Source: an uncultured Gemmataceae bacterium
GTDB lineage: Bacteria; Planctomycetota; Planctomycetia; Gemmatales; Gemmataceae
Direction: 5' to 3'
NCBI GenBank assembly: GCA_963750165.1
Contig: CAVVPN010000012.1
Span: 992,001-1,056,000, forward strand
DNA: 64,000 bases
Part shown: positions 1 to 10,716 of the stretch, piece after piece
How positions within the stretch are numbered: the first letter of the stretch is position 1
Layout: every line of letters begins with the position of its first letter
Made by a program: the position numbers and the translations under genes
Notes under the pieces: model-generated
What the model was told of the DNA's origin: nothing
Seen by the model: only the letters and a program-made list of their open reading frames with translations
The model's database searches: none

Positions 1-507
1 AGCACGCTGGCGTTCACGCTGGAACACGCTCTGGTGCAGCGCGGCCGCCTGGCCTACGTGCTCGACGGTGACAACATCCGTCACGGTCTGAACAAAAACC
101 TCGGCTTTTCCGCCGCCGACCGCGAGGAGAACATCCGTCGCATCGGCGAGGTCGCCAAGCTGTTCGCGGACTGCGGCGTCATCACCATGACCAGCTTCAT
201 CAGCCCCTACCGCAAGGACCGCGACACCGTTCGCGCTCTGCATGCCGCCAGTGGGTTGCCGTTCATCGAAATTTACGTCAACACGCCGATCACCACCTGC
301 GAGCAGCGCGACCCCAAGGGCCTCTACAAGAAGGCCCGCGCCGCCCTCGCCGGCGGCAAGGGCATGGGCTTCACCGGCGTCGATGACCCGTACGAGGAAC
401 CGACGCAGCCCGAGCTGTGCATCGACGCGACCGCCACAACGCCGGCGCAGGCGACCGAACAACTGCTTGCGTACCTGGAGAGCCGGGGGATTTTGCCGCG
501 GTCGTGA
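1..507 (+). CDS. cysC: Adenylyl-sulfate (APS) kinase, 5' part outside the window
   Basis: Frame is open from base 1 (STLAFTLEHALVQRG...). It carries the LDGDNIRHGLN, R-ENIRRIGEVAKLF, SFISPY, RDPKGLYKKAR and FTGVDDPYEEP motifs. Confidence 0.95.
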   Translation, partial: STLAFTLEHALVQRGRLAYVLDGDNIRHGLNKNLGFSAADREENIRRIGEVAKLFADCGVITMTSFISPYRKDRDTVRALHAASGLPFIEIYVNTPITTCEQRDPKGLYKKARAALAGGKGMGFTGVDDPYEEPTQPELCIDATATTPAQATEQLLAYLESRGILPRS

Positions 508-797
508 CGGTGGTGGCGACCCTTCTGAGGGCCGATTTTTCTGCCCGGATTCACGGCGCTCGCCAGCCGGCAGGGTCGCCGACCTTGCGTGTACCTCTCC
601 TAACCGGAGTATCCCGACGTTGCCTGGAAAAAACCACTTGATTTTTTCTTTCGGCGCTCAGAGCCGCGTTGACACTCTCTTTAGGTCAACGTAGACTTGG
701 CGAAACTTGAGTCGCTACGGCGGTTTAAGGAAAAACCGATCGCGGTCGGAGCCGCACAATCGGCACAACCGTTACTCCTGGCAAAACGGGTTGCTTC

Positions 798-1517
798 ATG
801 CCGTTACCCTTGACTCCGCTAACTGTTCGGCCCGCCGAGGGCTTTTACACCTCCGAGGTGCAGTCCCCCGGGCCGCTGCCGGTACGCACTTTCCTGCCGA
901 CCGGCTACGAGCCGCGCTATCCGTATCCGTTGCTGGTGTTCCTGCACGGCCACGGCGGCAACGAGGAGCAGATCCTGCGGCTGGCACCGCGGCTGAGCCG
1001 GCGCAACTTCATCTGCATCGGCCTGCGCGGGCCGGATTTTTTGGGCGTGCGGGCAGACGGCCGGGCCGGCTACGCCTGGGGCCCCGACAGCGGCTCTGAC
1101 GTGCTGGTCGAGGACTACGTGTTCCGCGCCGTGGAGCAGACACGGCGGTCGTATCACGTTCACTCGGAGCGCATCTACCTGGCGGGCATTTGCGAGGGGG
1201 CGACGCTGTCGTATCGGCTGGGCTTGATGTTCCCGGAGCGCTTCGCCGGGGTCATTTCGCTGAACGGTGCGATGCCGCGGCGCGGCGGCCCCTTGCTGCG
1301 GTTGCAGGATGTGCGTCACCTGCGCATGTTCATCGGCCACGGCATCGCCAACTCCGTGGTGCCGCTGAGCCTGGCTCACGAGGACCATCGACTGCTGTAC
1401 AGCGCCGGCATGGCGGTCGAGATGCACACCTACCCGACGACCCACAAACTGCACCCCGATATGCTGCGCGACATCAACCGCTGGGTCATCACGCACTGTA
1501 ACGAGGAGTTCGTATAA
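798..1517 (+). CDS. Alpha/beta hydrolase (phospholipase/carboxylesterase-like)
   Basis: YPLLVFLHGHG oxyanion segment, RIYLAGICEGA at the nucleophile elbow (Cys where GxSxG has Ser), FIGHG-ANSVVP and a C-terminal His. Confidence 0.8.
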   Translation: MPLPLTPLTVRPAEGFYTSEVQSPGPLPVRTFLPTGYEPRYPYPLLVFLHGHGGNEEQILRLAPRLSRRNFICIGLRGPDFLGVRADGRAGYAWGPDSGSDVLVEDYVFRAVEQTRRSYHVHSERIYLAGICEGATLSYRLGLMFPERFAGVISLNGAMPRRGGPLLRLQDVRHLRMFIGHGIANSVVPLSLAHEDHRLLYSAGMAVEMHTYPTTHKLHPDMLRDINRWVITHCNEEFV

Positions 1518-1554
1518 TACGGTGAGGGCTCCGACCTACCACGAAGATTCATAA

Positions 1555-1584
1555 CCCCGTTTACGTTGCGCAACGTAAACGGGG
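1555..1584. repeat. Perfect 30-bp palindrome (REP-like family G); possible terminator
   Basis: ccccgtttacgttgc-gcaacgtaaacgggg followed by cttttcc. Related arms lie at about 19712-19729 and 54798-54842. Confidence 0.7.
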
Positions 1585-1831
1585 CTTTTCCTTGTGTCGA
1601 AGACCATGGACGTCCGCCGACTGCTGCAGCGCCTGCAACACGGGGGCGACGCCGCATTTGGCCACCTGGCCTCGCCTGACACGGTACGCCGTCCGGTGGC
1701 AACGACTGCCCAGCACCGGGAGAGCGATTTTTTCCCGCGACCCAGCGGTACAGACAAACCGCGGCGCACCAGCTAAAAAGGAGAAATCGAGCGCCCCGAA
1801 GCCATGATCCCAACCCCCGCAGAGCAATTTC

Positions 1832-2950
1832 ATGCACGAACACTGGATCGCGGAGCGGATGCGGCAGGTGGAAGTGTCGGGCATCCGTCAGGTGTTCGAC
1901 CTGGCCAGAAGCCTGAAGGACCCGGTGAACCTGAGCATCGGGGTGCCGCACTTCGACGTGCCGGCGCCGATCAAGGCCGCCGCGCACGCCGCCATCGACC
2001 GCGGCGAGAACGCCTACACCGTCAGCCAGGGCATCGCCGAGCTGCGCTCGAAAATCCACAACGACGTGCGCCGCCGCTATCCGCACCCCGACCGCGAGAC
2101 GTTTATCACCAGCGGCACCAGCGGCGGTCTGGTCCTGGCCCTGACCTGCGTCCTCAACCCCGGCGATGAGGTCATCCTCTTCGACCCGTACTTCGTGATG
2201 TATCCGCACTTCATCACGGTCGCCGGCGGCAAGCCGGTGCTCCTCGACACCTACCCGGATTTCCGCATCGACCCTGCGCAGGTCGAGGCCGCCATCACGC
2301 CGCGCACCAAGGCCATCATCGTCAACAATCCGGCCAACCCGACCGGCAAGCTGCACGACCGCGCCACCCTGGCGGCCCTGGCGCAGCTGGCGCAGCGGCG
2401 CGACGTGCTGCTGATGAGCGATGAGGTGTACCGGGCGTTCTGCTACGACGGCGCCTTCCACAGCCCGGCGGAGTTCAACGAGGACGTGTTGGTGCTGGAC
2501 GGCTTCAGCAAGACGTACGCCATGACGGGTTGGCGGCTCGGCTACTGCCACGGGCCGCGGCGGTTGATCGAGGAGATGATTAAATTGCAGCAGTTCACGT
2601 ATGTGTGCGCCCCAAGCATCGTGCAGCACGCCGGTGTCGCCGCCTGGGACTATGACGTGTCGGCCATCGTCGCCGACTACAAGCACAAGCGCGACCGGCT
2701 ATATGATGCGCTCCGGGGGGCTTATGAGATCGTCAAGCCGGGCGGCGCGTTTTACATGTTTCCGCGCGTGCCGTGGGGCACCGGGCACGAGTTCGTCGCC
2801 GAGGCGATCCGTAACAACCTGCTCATCATCCCCGGCGGCGTGTTCAGCAAGGCGGACACGCACTTCCGCATCAGCTATGCGGCGAGCGACCAGACGATTG
2901 ACCGCGGCGTTGAGATCTTGCTGCGGCTGGCGCAGCGGCCGCGGCGTTGA
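1832..2950 (+). CDS. PLP-dependent aminotransferase class I/II (AspAT-like)
   Basis: NNPANPTG, SDEVY and DGFSKTYAMTGWRLGY (PLP lysine) motifs. Confidence 0.93.
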   Translation: MHEHWIAERMRQVEVSGIRQVFDLARSLKDPVNLSIGVPHFDVPAPIKAAAHAAIDRGENAYTVSQGIAELRSKIHNDVRRRYPHPDRETFITSGTSGGLVLALTCVLNPGDEVILFDPYFVMYPHFITVAGGKPVLLDTYPDFRIDPAQVEAAITPRTKAIIVNNPANPTGKLHDRATLAALAQLAQRRDVLLMSDEVYRAFCYDGAFHSPAEFNEDVLVLDGFSKTYAMTGWRLGYCHGPRRLIEEMIKLQQFTYVCAPSIVQHAGVAAWDYDVSAIVADYKHKRDRLYDALRGAYEIVKPGGAFYMFPRVPWGTGHEFVAEAIRNNLLIIPGGVFSKADTHFRISYAASDQTIDRGVEILLRLAQRPRR

Positions 2951-3013
2951 ACTGGCTGGCGTGAGACCCGGAACAACCTGAGGAGAGTCGCGATCGAGCG
3001 CTTGCGGTGATGC

Positions 3014-3595
3014 ATGGCATCTTCCGGACCGACTCTTGAACAGCTAAAGACTCGTTTGGAGCGACTGCTTCCCTTGGCGGCAGCGTTCGCGGAGACCGTC
3101 TATCGGTCGAGCACGCCCAAATATGCCAACGAATCGGATCTGCTGACAGGGGAAGGAAGCAGACGCCATGGCGGTCGGTGGAATCCGCTCGGAATCGCCA
3201 TGGTTTACGCTTCCCTGACGCCGGAAACCGCGATGGCGGAGACGTTGGCCCATCACCGCTACTACCGAATTCCCATTGAGGACGCGATGCCCCGAACGTT
3301 CGTGGCGCTGGAGGCAAGCCTTCGAGCAGTGCTCGACTTTCGGCTGGGGCCTGTTCGCCAGCGGCTCCAGGTATCCCTGGAGCGCGTCCTGGTCGTGGAT
3401 TGGCGAAAAGAGGTCCGGGCGGCCCAGGAACCGATCACGCAGACGATTGGACGGGCTGCCCTGGAAATCGGCCTGGAGGGCCTGATCGTGCCCTCCGCCG
3501 CCGATCCGAAAGGCCATAATCTGCTGGTGTTTCCAGGAAATTTGCAGTCGGACAGTGAAATCCGCGTCCTGCATGCGGACCGGTTAGCGCCGTAA
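3014..3595 (+). CDS. RES-domain toxin (NAD+-consuming RES family)
   Basis: VYR...GGRWNP...VYASL-PETAMAE...GLIVPSAA...NLLVF; the R, E and S residues are present. Confidence 0.88.
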   Translation: MASSGPTLEQLKTRLERLLPLAAAFAETVYRSSTPKYANESDLLTGEGSRRHGGRWNPLGIAMVYASLTPETAMAETLAHHRYYRIPIEDAMPRTFVALEASLRAVLDFRLGPVRQRLQVSLERVLVVDWRKEVRAAQEPITQTIGRAALEIGLEGLIVPSAADPKGHNLLVFPGNLQSDSEIRVLHADRLAP

Positions 3596-3706
3596 ATATC
3601 TGCAACTTTGCATGCAAGTCTGCTTGACCCGACGGGCCAAAGCGCCGATAATGAAACAGGCTCGCCCATCGCCGCACGGCGACGAGTCTGGGAAGGGAGG
3701 TAAATC

Positions 3707-4129
3707 ATGGCGGTGGTCGTTCACGATCAAACAACGGCGCAGCAGCCGATTCATACCAAGGCTAAGCCGAGGACGCGACCGGTCAAGGAGGTCGCCACCC
3801 CCGTGAAGCCAGGCATGGTGGTGGACCTGCGCAAACGGCTGCAATTGAACCAGGCGGTGTTCGCCCGACTCCTCCCGGTTTCTGTGCGCACGCTGGCGAC
3901 GCTGGAAAGCGGCTCCCCGCCAACGGATGTGGTTGCGCGCCGCCTGATCGAACTGCGGCGCTTGACGGGCGCCTTGGCCGAAGTCATGAAAGCGGAATCT
4001 CTCGGGAAATGGCTACAGACGCCCAACGAAGCGTTTGACGGACTGAAACCGCTCGAAGTCATCGACCGTGGTGAGAGTGACCGCCTCTGGGCGATGATTT
4101 ACTTCCTCCGTTCCGGCGCGCCCTCGTGA
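3707..4129 (+). CDS. Xre/MbcA/ParS-type antitoxin (HTH plus C-terminal toxin-binding domain)
   Basis: HTH LNQAVFARLLPVSVRTLATLESG and C-terminal WLQTPNEAFDGLKPLEVI. Confidence 0.88.
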   Translation: MAVVVHDQTTAQQPIHTKAKPRTRPVKEVATPVKPGMVVDLRKRLQLNQAVFARLLPVSVRTLATLESGSPPTDVVARRLIELRRLTGALAEVMKAESLGKWLQTPNEAFDGLKPLEVIDRGESDRLWAMIYFLRSGAPS

Positions 4130-4289
4130 GAGTGTTCGGACAAAATGGCCCGCCGCCCGCAAGCCCCCTATCGTCTGCACAACTCCCCCGCGTTTCCGCG
4201 ATTTTCTCAGCAGGTGGATCTTCGCTTCTCTGAGAAGTCCTGGTAAAATAGACAATCTGAGACGCACACTCCCCTGGGATGCACCGGCC

Positions 4290-5540
4290 ATGTCCACCGC
4301 CACGCTCGACCGCCCGCGCACTCAGCTGAACGACCCCGGCATCATCCGCCGCGTCAACGCCCTGCGCACCACCGACAACTGCACCAACTGGCTGTACTTC
4401 GTCCGCGAGTACGCCTTCCTGGCGGCCGTCCTCGGCCTGACCATCGCGTTCTACCAGATGCACGACCAGTTCGGCCTGCACTGGCTGTGGACGGTGCCGG
4501 TGACGCTGGTGGCGATTGTCCTGATCGGCGCCGGTCAGCATCGGCTGACCACCCTCGCCCACGAGGCCAGCCATTACATGCTGTTCAAGCACCGCCTGCT
4601 CAACGAACTGGCGTCCGACGTGTTGTGCATGTTTCCGATGTGGAGTGCCACGCATCACTACCGGTTGCAGCACCTGGCCCACCACCAGTTCCCCAACGAC
4701 CCCGAACGCGACCCCGACCTCGCCCAGATGGAGGCCAGCGGCCATCGCTTCCGCTTCCCCATGTCGCCGCGGCACTTCGTCTGGGAGTGCGTCCTCAAGC
4801 AGGTGCTCTGGTTCCCCAAACTGATCCGCTACCTGCGCATGCCGCACCGCTACAACGCCACCGGCGGCGGCACCGGCCCCTACGAGGCGAAGGGCAAGCG
4901 CAGCAAACTGCTCCTCCTCGTCGGCGTGCTGCACCTGCTGACGCTCGCTGCGGTGATGACGGCCCTGGTCGCGTTCGATCAGCCGGTGCTCATGGCTGTG
5001 GTGCCGCTCGTCATGCTGGCGGCCATGCTCACGTTCTGCGCCGTGGTGCCGGATCGCTTCTATCGCAAGACGATGGTCAAGTGCGACGTGTCGCCACGGG
5101 CCATGAGCTATGGCCGCGTCACGTACCTGACCGCCCTCATCAGCGGCCTGGCGTGGCTCAGCTACCTGACGGAGATGCCGTGGGGCCTGTATTACCTGGT
5201 GCTGTGGCTGGTGCCGCTGGGCACGTCGTTCAGCTTCTTCATGCTGCTGCGGCAGGTGGTGCAGCACGGCAACGCCTCAGGCGACCGTTTCACCAATACG
5301 CGCATCTTCCTCGTCAGCCGGCTCATCCGCTTCGCAGTGTTCCCGCTCGGCATGGACTATCACCTGCCGCACCACCTCTTCCCGATGGTGCCGCACTATC
5401 GCATGCGCCAGCTGCACGAGCTGCTGCTGGAAACGGAGGAGTATCGGCAGCAAGCGCTGGTCGTGGAGGGCTACTTCTTCCATCGCCGGCCGCCGCAGCA
5501 TCCGACAGTGGTGGAGGTGATGGCGCAGCCGCCACGCTGA
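4290..5540 (+). CDS. Membrane fatty acid desaturase family protein
   Basis: His boxes HEASH, HLAHH and HLPHH, plus several hydrophobic segments. Confidence 0.88.
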   Translation: MSTATLDRPRTQLNDPGIIRRVNALRTTDNCTNWLYFVREYAFLAAVLGLTIAFYQMHDQFGLHWLWTVPVTLVAIVLIGAGQHRLTTLAHEASHYMLFKHRLLNELASDVLCMFPMWSATHHYRLQHLAHHQFPNDPERDPDLAQMEASGHRFRFPMSPRHFVWECVLKQVLWFPKLIRYLRMPHRYNATGGGTGPYEAKGKRSKLLLLVGVLHLLTLAAVMTALVAFDQPVLMAVVPLVMLAAMLTFCAVVPDRFYRKTMVKCDVSPRAMSYGRVTYLTALISGLAWLSYLTEMPWGLYYLVLWLVPLGTSFSFFMLLRQVVQHGNASGDRFTNTRIFLVSRLIRFAVFPLGMDYHLPHHLFPMVPHYRMRQLHELLLETEEYRQQALVVEGYFFHRRPPQHPTVVEVMAQPPR

Positions 5541-5554
5541 TGGGGGGTCACGGG

Positions 5555-5672
5555 GTTGTGGCTTGGTCTCCGGACCAAGCCACCCGGCCCGACCGAAGGT
5601 CTCCCCGCGTTTCTACCCGGAGGAGACTTTCGGTCGCAGCCCGTGGCCCGGTCGGGAGACCGGGCCACAACG
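5555..5672. repeat. Nested-palindrome REPIN/MITE-like element (family F), copy 1
   Basis: gtggcttggtc-tccg-gaccaagccac, then gaccgaaggtctcc...ggagactttcggtc, then gtggcccggtc-ggga-gaccgggccacaac. A related copy is at 26087-26190. Confidence 0.8.
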
Positions 5673-5705
5673 GAGGCGTGAGCTTTCTTGCTTCGATTGG
5701 GACAA

Positions 5706-6113
5706 TCAGTCTTTCAGATCCCAGTTCTTTTCATTCGGCCCCGGTTTGACATCGAACTCCAGTTCGGTCTTCGTGTTGAACTTCTCGGGGAGGTCATTCC
5801 TGGTCAGCGCTCTCGTGGGGCTGTCGGGCGCATCGTAGAGTTTCTTGCGGGCGTACTCCTTCGCGTTGACGATCTTCACCCGGGCGAGACCGACCGGCAC
5901 TTTCCTGGCGGTGTATTTGCCATTCTTGATAATGCCGCCACCGTCGCCCTTGCCGTCCTTCGCCTCGAAACTGATACTGCCGTCCTCGACCTCCTTGCCG
6001 TTATACGTGACCGTGCCAGTGACTTCCCCAAGCGAGGGCTCACCGCCGCAGCCCGCCAGGGTCAGCAGCAGCACCAGACAGCCGCCAACCCAGGCGGTGC
6101 GTTGCATCAACAT
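5706..6113 (-). CDS. Planctomycete lipoprotein, carboxypeptidase-regulatory-like domain (usual DUF1559 partner)
   Basis: Lipobox LAGC, VTGTVTYNG, and LPEKFN...TEL...V..G.N...DL; located directly downstream of the DUF1559 gene. Confidence 0.8.
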   Translation of the reverse strand: MLMQRTAWVGGCLVLLLTLAGCGGEPSLGEVTGTVTYNGKEVEDGSISFEAKDGKGDGGGIIKNGKYTARKVPVGLARVKIVNAKEYARKKLYDAPDSPTRALTRNDLPEKFNTKTELEFDVKPGPNEKNWDLKD

Positions 6114-6139
6114 GGTTGCACTCTCCTTGGCCTGGCGTC

Positions 6140-7102
<963 letters not shown>

Positions 7103-7645
7103 GACACGCTCCTCGTACTGGGATGAAAAATGCACAATCCAAGCGCCGGACACCGGCGGGTTGGTCAATTGCTCCCTGCGCGGAAAACACGTGACGCTGC
7201 GGGGTTCCGCTACCGTTTGTGTTGTGTGGGCTCGCCAATCGACAAATGAATGGGTCTTTAGTTTCTAATGCTACCCCATAAGCACGAAGTGTCAATCAAA
7301 AACCCGTTTCTGCCGAAAAAATGGGTGTGGCCAATCTTTCGGGAGCGCTCGTTTCACAGCCTCTCCTCGCGACGAGGAATAAGAGTCTGTCTTTTTTCCC
7401 CCGCGCCTCCTGACACACGCGGGGGAGTTCATGCGCTGTCGCAACCAACTGCGACACCAAGGCTTGTATCAACGATATGGCATCTTCGGCAAAACGGTCT
7501 TGTATCCTCAGCAAGGCTTTGGTACATCCGCCGCCCCAAGACGATCTCGACGTGCGTGCTGCGGTTGTGTGTGTGTATGCGGCGCCATGCAATCCATTGG
7601 CCCGCGACCTGTACCGCCGCGCATCCAGGGAAGGAAGAGGCCCGC

Positions 7646-8657
7646 ATGGTCCTTGACAGCCCGCCACCCGTGGCCGGCGAAGGCGCCCCCTACTGGCGGT
7701 TCGCGCTGGGGTGCGTCCTGGCCGTGACGCTGTTCGCCGGGTTCGCCGAGGGGTATCTCCGGCTGTTCCCGCCGCGCGACCTGCACCCGTACCTGGGCGA
7801 GTCCTCGCCGTTGACCGGCATTTATCGGCCGGACGGCGACTTCGGCATCACCTACCGCGACTGGGAAGCGCTGGCCGCGGACAACGACGACCGCCTTCGT
7901 GAGTATCTGCCGTTCGAGTCACACGCGGCCGGCCGACCGCTGTGGGCGTTCTTCGGCAACTCGTTCGTGCAGGCCCCCGGTATGCTGGCCGACACCGCCC
8001 GCCAGGCGCTGCCGGGCACGCGCGTCTTCAACCTGGGGAAGAATGAACTGTTGCCGCTGCGGCTGGCCCAGGTCAAGTTGCTCCTGGAAAACGGGCTGCG
8101 GCCTGAGCGGATCTTCGTCGCCCTGATGCCGGTAGACGTGCTCGGCCTGGGCGAGCAACCGCTGGCGACGCAGCGCGTCACCGCGCGGGGCGCTGACCTA
8201 CGATCTCCCGAACTTCCCCGCTCCGCTGGACGGCGTGGTGCGGCACAGCCGGCTCGGCCTGGCGGCGTGCGTGCGCAGCGGCTGGCAGCGCGGCAACCCG
8301 CGCTTCCGCCAGGGCACCCTGTACGACGGTATTGAGGAACCCTTGCTGAGCGACCTGCACCAGCTGTTCGGCAGCCTGGCGCGCGTCGGCCGCAGCCACG
8401 AGGTGCCGGTGACCGTGCTGCTCATCCCCGCCTATCATCAGATTCGCGACGGGGCAAGTTGTGGCTTTCAGGACACCTTGACACCCCTGCTACGGCAGGC
8501 GGGGCTGGACGTGTTCGACCCGCGCGACGCCTTTCGGGCGCAACCGGACCTCGACGGCCTGTTCATCCCGGACCTGCACTTCAGCCCGCGCGGCAATCAG
8601 ATTTTGCTGAGCGAATTACTGCGGCACGTAGCACGGCTCTCCAGAGTCGTGGGGTGA
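7646..8657 (+). CDS. SGNH-hydrolase-like (AlgJ/PatB-type) protein, one frameshift near 8190
   Basis: N-terminal TM helix, FFGNSF (GDS-like), VFNLG, and C-terminal DLHFSPRGN (DxH). Restoring one G in the G-run near 8187-8190 joins ORFs 7268..8335 and 8235..8657. Adjacent to an MBOAT gene. Confidence 0.75.
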
Positions 8658-8932
8658 ATGCCACGGCTCTGGAGAGCCGTGCTACGAACAAGCCACCTCG
8701 GGAGCAGGTCAGATTTTGCTGAGCGAATTACTGCGGCACGTAGCACGGCTCTCCAGAGCCGTGGGGTGAATGCCACGGCTCTGGAGAGCCGTGCTACGAA
8801 CAAGCCACCTCGGGAGCAGGTCAGATTTTGCTGAGCGAATTACTGCGGCACGTAGCACGGCTCTCCAGAGCCGTGGGGTGAATGCCACGGCTCTGGAGAG
8901 CCGTGCTACGAACAAGCCACCCCGGGAGCAGG
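8597..8932. repeat. Three tandem copies of a 112-bp unit (gene 3' end plus GTAG-type REP doublet, family A)
   Basis: Units start at 8597, 8709 and 8821. Each contains gtagcacggctctccagagYcgtgg...ccacggctctggagagccgtgctac. Confidence 0.95.
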
Positions 8933-8948
8933 CGCGAGCGAGGGTGCC

Positions 8949-10421
8949 ATGACGTTTACCGAAAAGCCCTTCTGGATCCTGACCACGATCACGTTCGCGC
9001 TGTGGCTGCTGTGCCGCGGGAACTACCGCGCCCGGGTGGTGCTGTTACTGACAGCGAGCCTGGTGTTTTACGGCTATCATTACTGGCCGCTGCTGTTCCT
9101 GATCCTGGCGTACTGCGTCGTGGACTGGACGGCAGCCTGCTGGCTGGCGCGATCGCGGCGGCCGCGCTGGGGCCTGACGCTCGGCGTGGCGTTCAATCTG
9201 GTGGTGCTGGCCTACTGGAAATACACGCCGCTGCTGCTGCGGACCGCCGCGCAGGTCGCGCTGGCCCTGGACCTGCCGGCCGTGCCGAGCCCGCCCACCG
9301 ACTGGGTGATCCCGTTCGGCATCTCGTTCTACGCCTTCACCGGCATCGCCTACCTGGTGGACGTGTACCGCGGCACCACCACGGCCGAGACGAATTTCTG
9401 GCGATACACGCTGTCGGCGCTGTTCTTCCCGCACCTGGTGGCGGGACCGATCCTGCGGCCCAGTGAATTCCTGGAAAAACTGCGTCCCGGGGCGCTGCCC
9501 GACCGGCCGGAGGCGCCGCTGGAGGCGCTGCACCTGCTGGGGCTGGGCCTGTTCAAGAAACTGGTGATCGCCGACCGCATCGCCCTGGCCATCGATCCGT
9601 TCTTCGTCCACGTCGGTGACGGCAGCACCGCGGGCGTCTGGGCGCTGCCCTACGCTTACCTGTACGCGCTGCAAATCTACTTCGACTTCTCGGGCTACAC
9701 CGACATCGCCCGCGGTCTGGGCCTGCTGTTCGGCTTCCGCTGGCCGGACAACTTCAACCGGCCGTACCTGGCCGCGTCGATCAAGGAGTTCTGGCGGCGC
9801 TGGCACATGACGCTGTCGCTGTTCCTGAAGGACTACCTGTACGTGCCGCTGGGCGGCAACCGCTGCAGCCGCTGGCGGACGCACCTGAACCTGATGCTGA
9901 CCATGCTGCTCGGCGGCCTGTGGCACGGGGCCAGCTGGTCGTTCATGCTCTGGGGTGGGCTGCACGGCGGCTACCTGGTGCTCAACGGCCTCTGGGGCGA
10001 GACACGATTGGCGGCCCGGCTGCGGGCGCTGACGGGGCCGGCCGGCGTGGCCTGGCGGCTGACGTGCGTGGCGCTGACGTTTCACGCGGTCTGCCTGGCG
10101 TGGTGCTTCTTCCGTCTGAGCGACTTCGGCGCGAGCCTGATTTGCATCGGCAAATGGGTCGTCTTCGACGCGGACAAGCTGTTCGTCGGCGGGGCGGCGG
10201 ATTTATCACTGTGGCTGCTGCTGGCGGTGTACGGGTTGGCGGCGCTGGCGATGCACCAGTGCGGCCGCTGGGTGCCGGCGCTGGCGAGTCTGGAACTGCC
10301 GTTGCGGCGGGCGCCGCTGACCCGCGGCCTGCTGTGGGGAGCGGGTGCGGCGGTGCTGGCGCTGGCACTGCTGCTGGCGCCGGCCGGGGAAAAGCCGCCG
10401 TTCATTTACTTCCAGTTCTGA
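8949..10421 (+). CDS. MBOAT family O-acyltransferase (AlgI/PatA/DltB-like)
   Basis: PFGISFYAF, FFPHLVAGPI, QIYFDFSGYTDIA, FWRRWHMTLS, GLWHGA and C-terminal FIYFQF. Confidence 0.95.
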   Translation: MTFTEKPFWILTTITFALWLLCRGNYRARVVLLLTASLVFYGYHYWPLLFLILAYCVVDWTAACWLARSRRPRWGLTLGVAFNLVVLAYWKYTPLLLRTAAQVALALDLPAVPSPPTDWVIPFGISFYAFTGIAYLVDVYRGTTTAETNFWRYTLSALFFPHLVAGPILRPSEFLEKLRPGALPDRPEAPLEALHLLGLGLFKKLVIADRIALAIDPFFVHVGDGSTAGVWALPYAYLYALQIYFDFSGYTDIARGLGLLFGFRWPDNFNRPYLAASIKEFWRRWHMTLSLFLKDYLYVPLGGNRCSRWRTHLNLMLTMLLGGLWHGASWSFMLWGGLHGGYLVLNGLWGETRLAARLRALTGPAGVAWRLTCVALTFHAVCLAWCFFRLSDFGASLICIGKWVVFDADKLFVGGAADLSLWLLLAVYGLAALAMHQCGRWVPALASLELPLRRAPLTRGLLWGAGAAVLALALLLAPAGEKPPFIYFQF

Positions 10422-10716
10422 CGCGCAAGGCGATTCCGAAAAAACACAAAAGTTTTTGAATCAAGCTGGCGAACATCCCTTGCGCATGCCGATAGAAAAA
10501 AAGCTGTCGGCGATCCTGTCGCCGTTGACCCGTTTCCCGTGGACCTGTTCGCCATCCGGTTCGATCCCTTTGCCGCGCTCTCTTGATTGACCCACGAAGC
10601 CCCTTCGCGGCACTTTTCCGTCTGTCCGCATTATGTAAACAACCCGATCCCCCCCAAGGGACCGTGCCGCCACGGCGGTACGACTCGCAACACCAAACAA
10701 TGGAGGGCTTGGTGCC

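Noticed and set aside
1607..1776. Possible small protein upstream of the aminotransferase
   Set aside because: No RBS or family resemblance; cannot be supported.
7103..7645. 540-bp AT-richer intergenic region as an ncRNA
   Set aside because: Few convincing helices; consistent with divergent promoters.
8597..8932. CRISPR array
   Set aside because: Whole 112-bp units are repeated with no unique spacers, and no cas genes are present.
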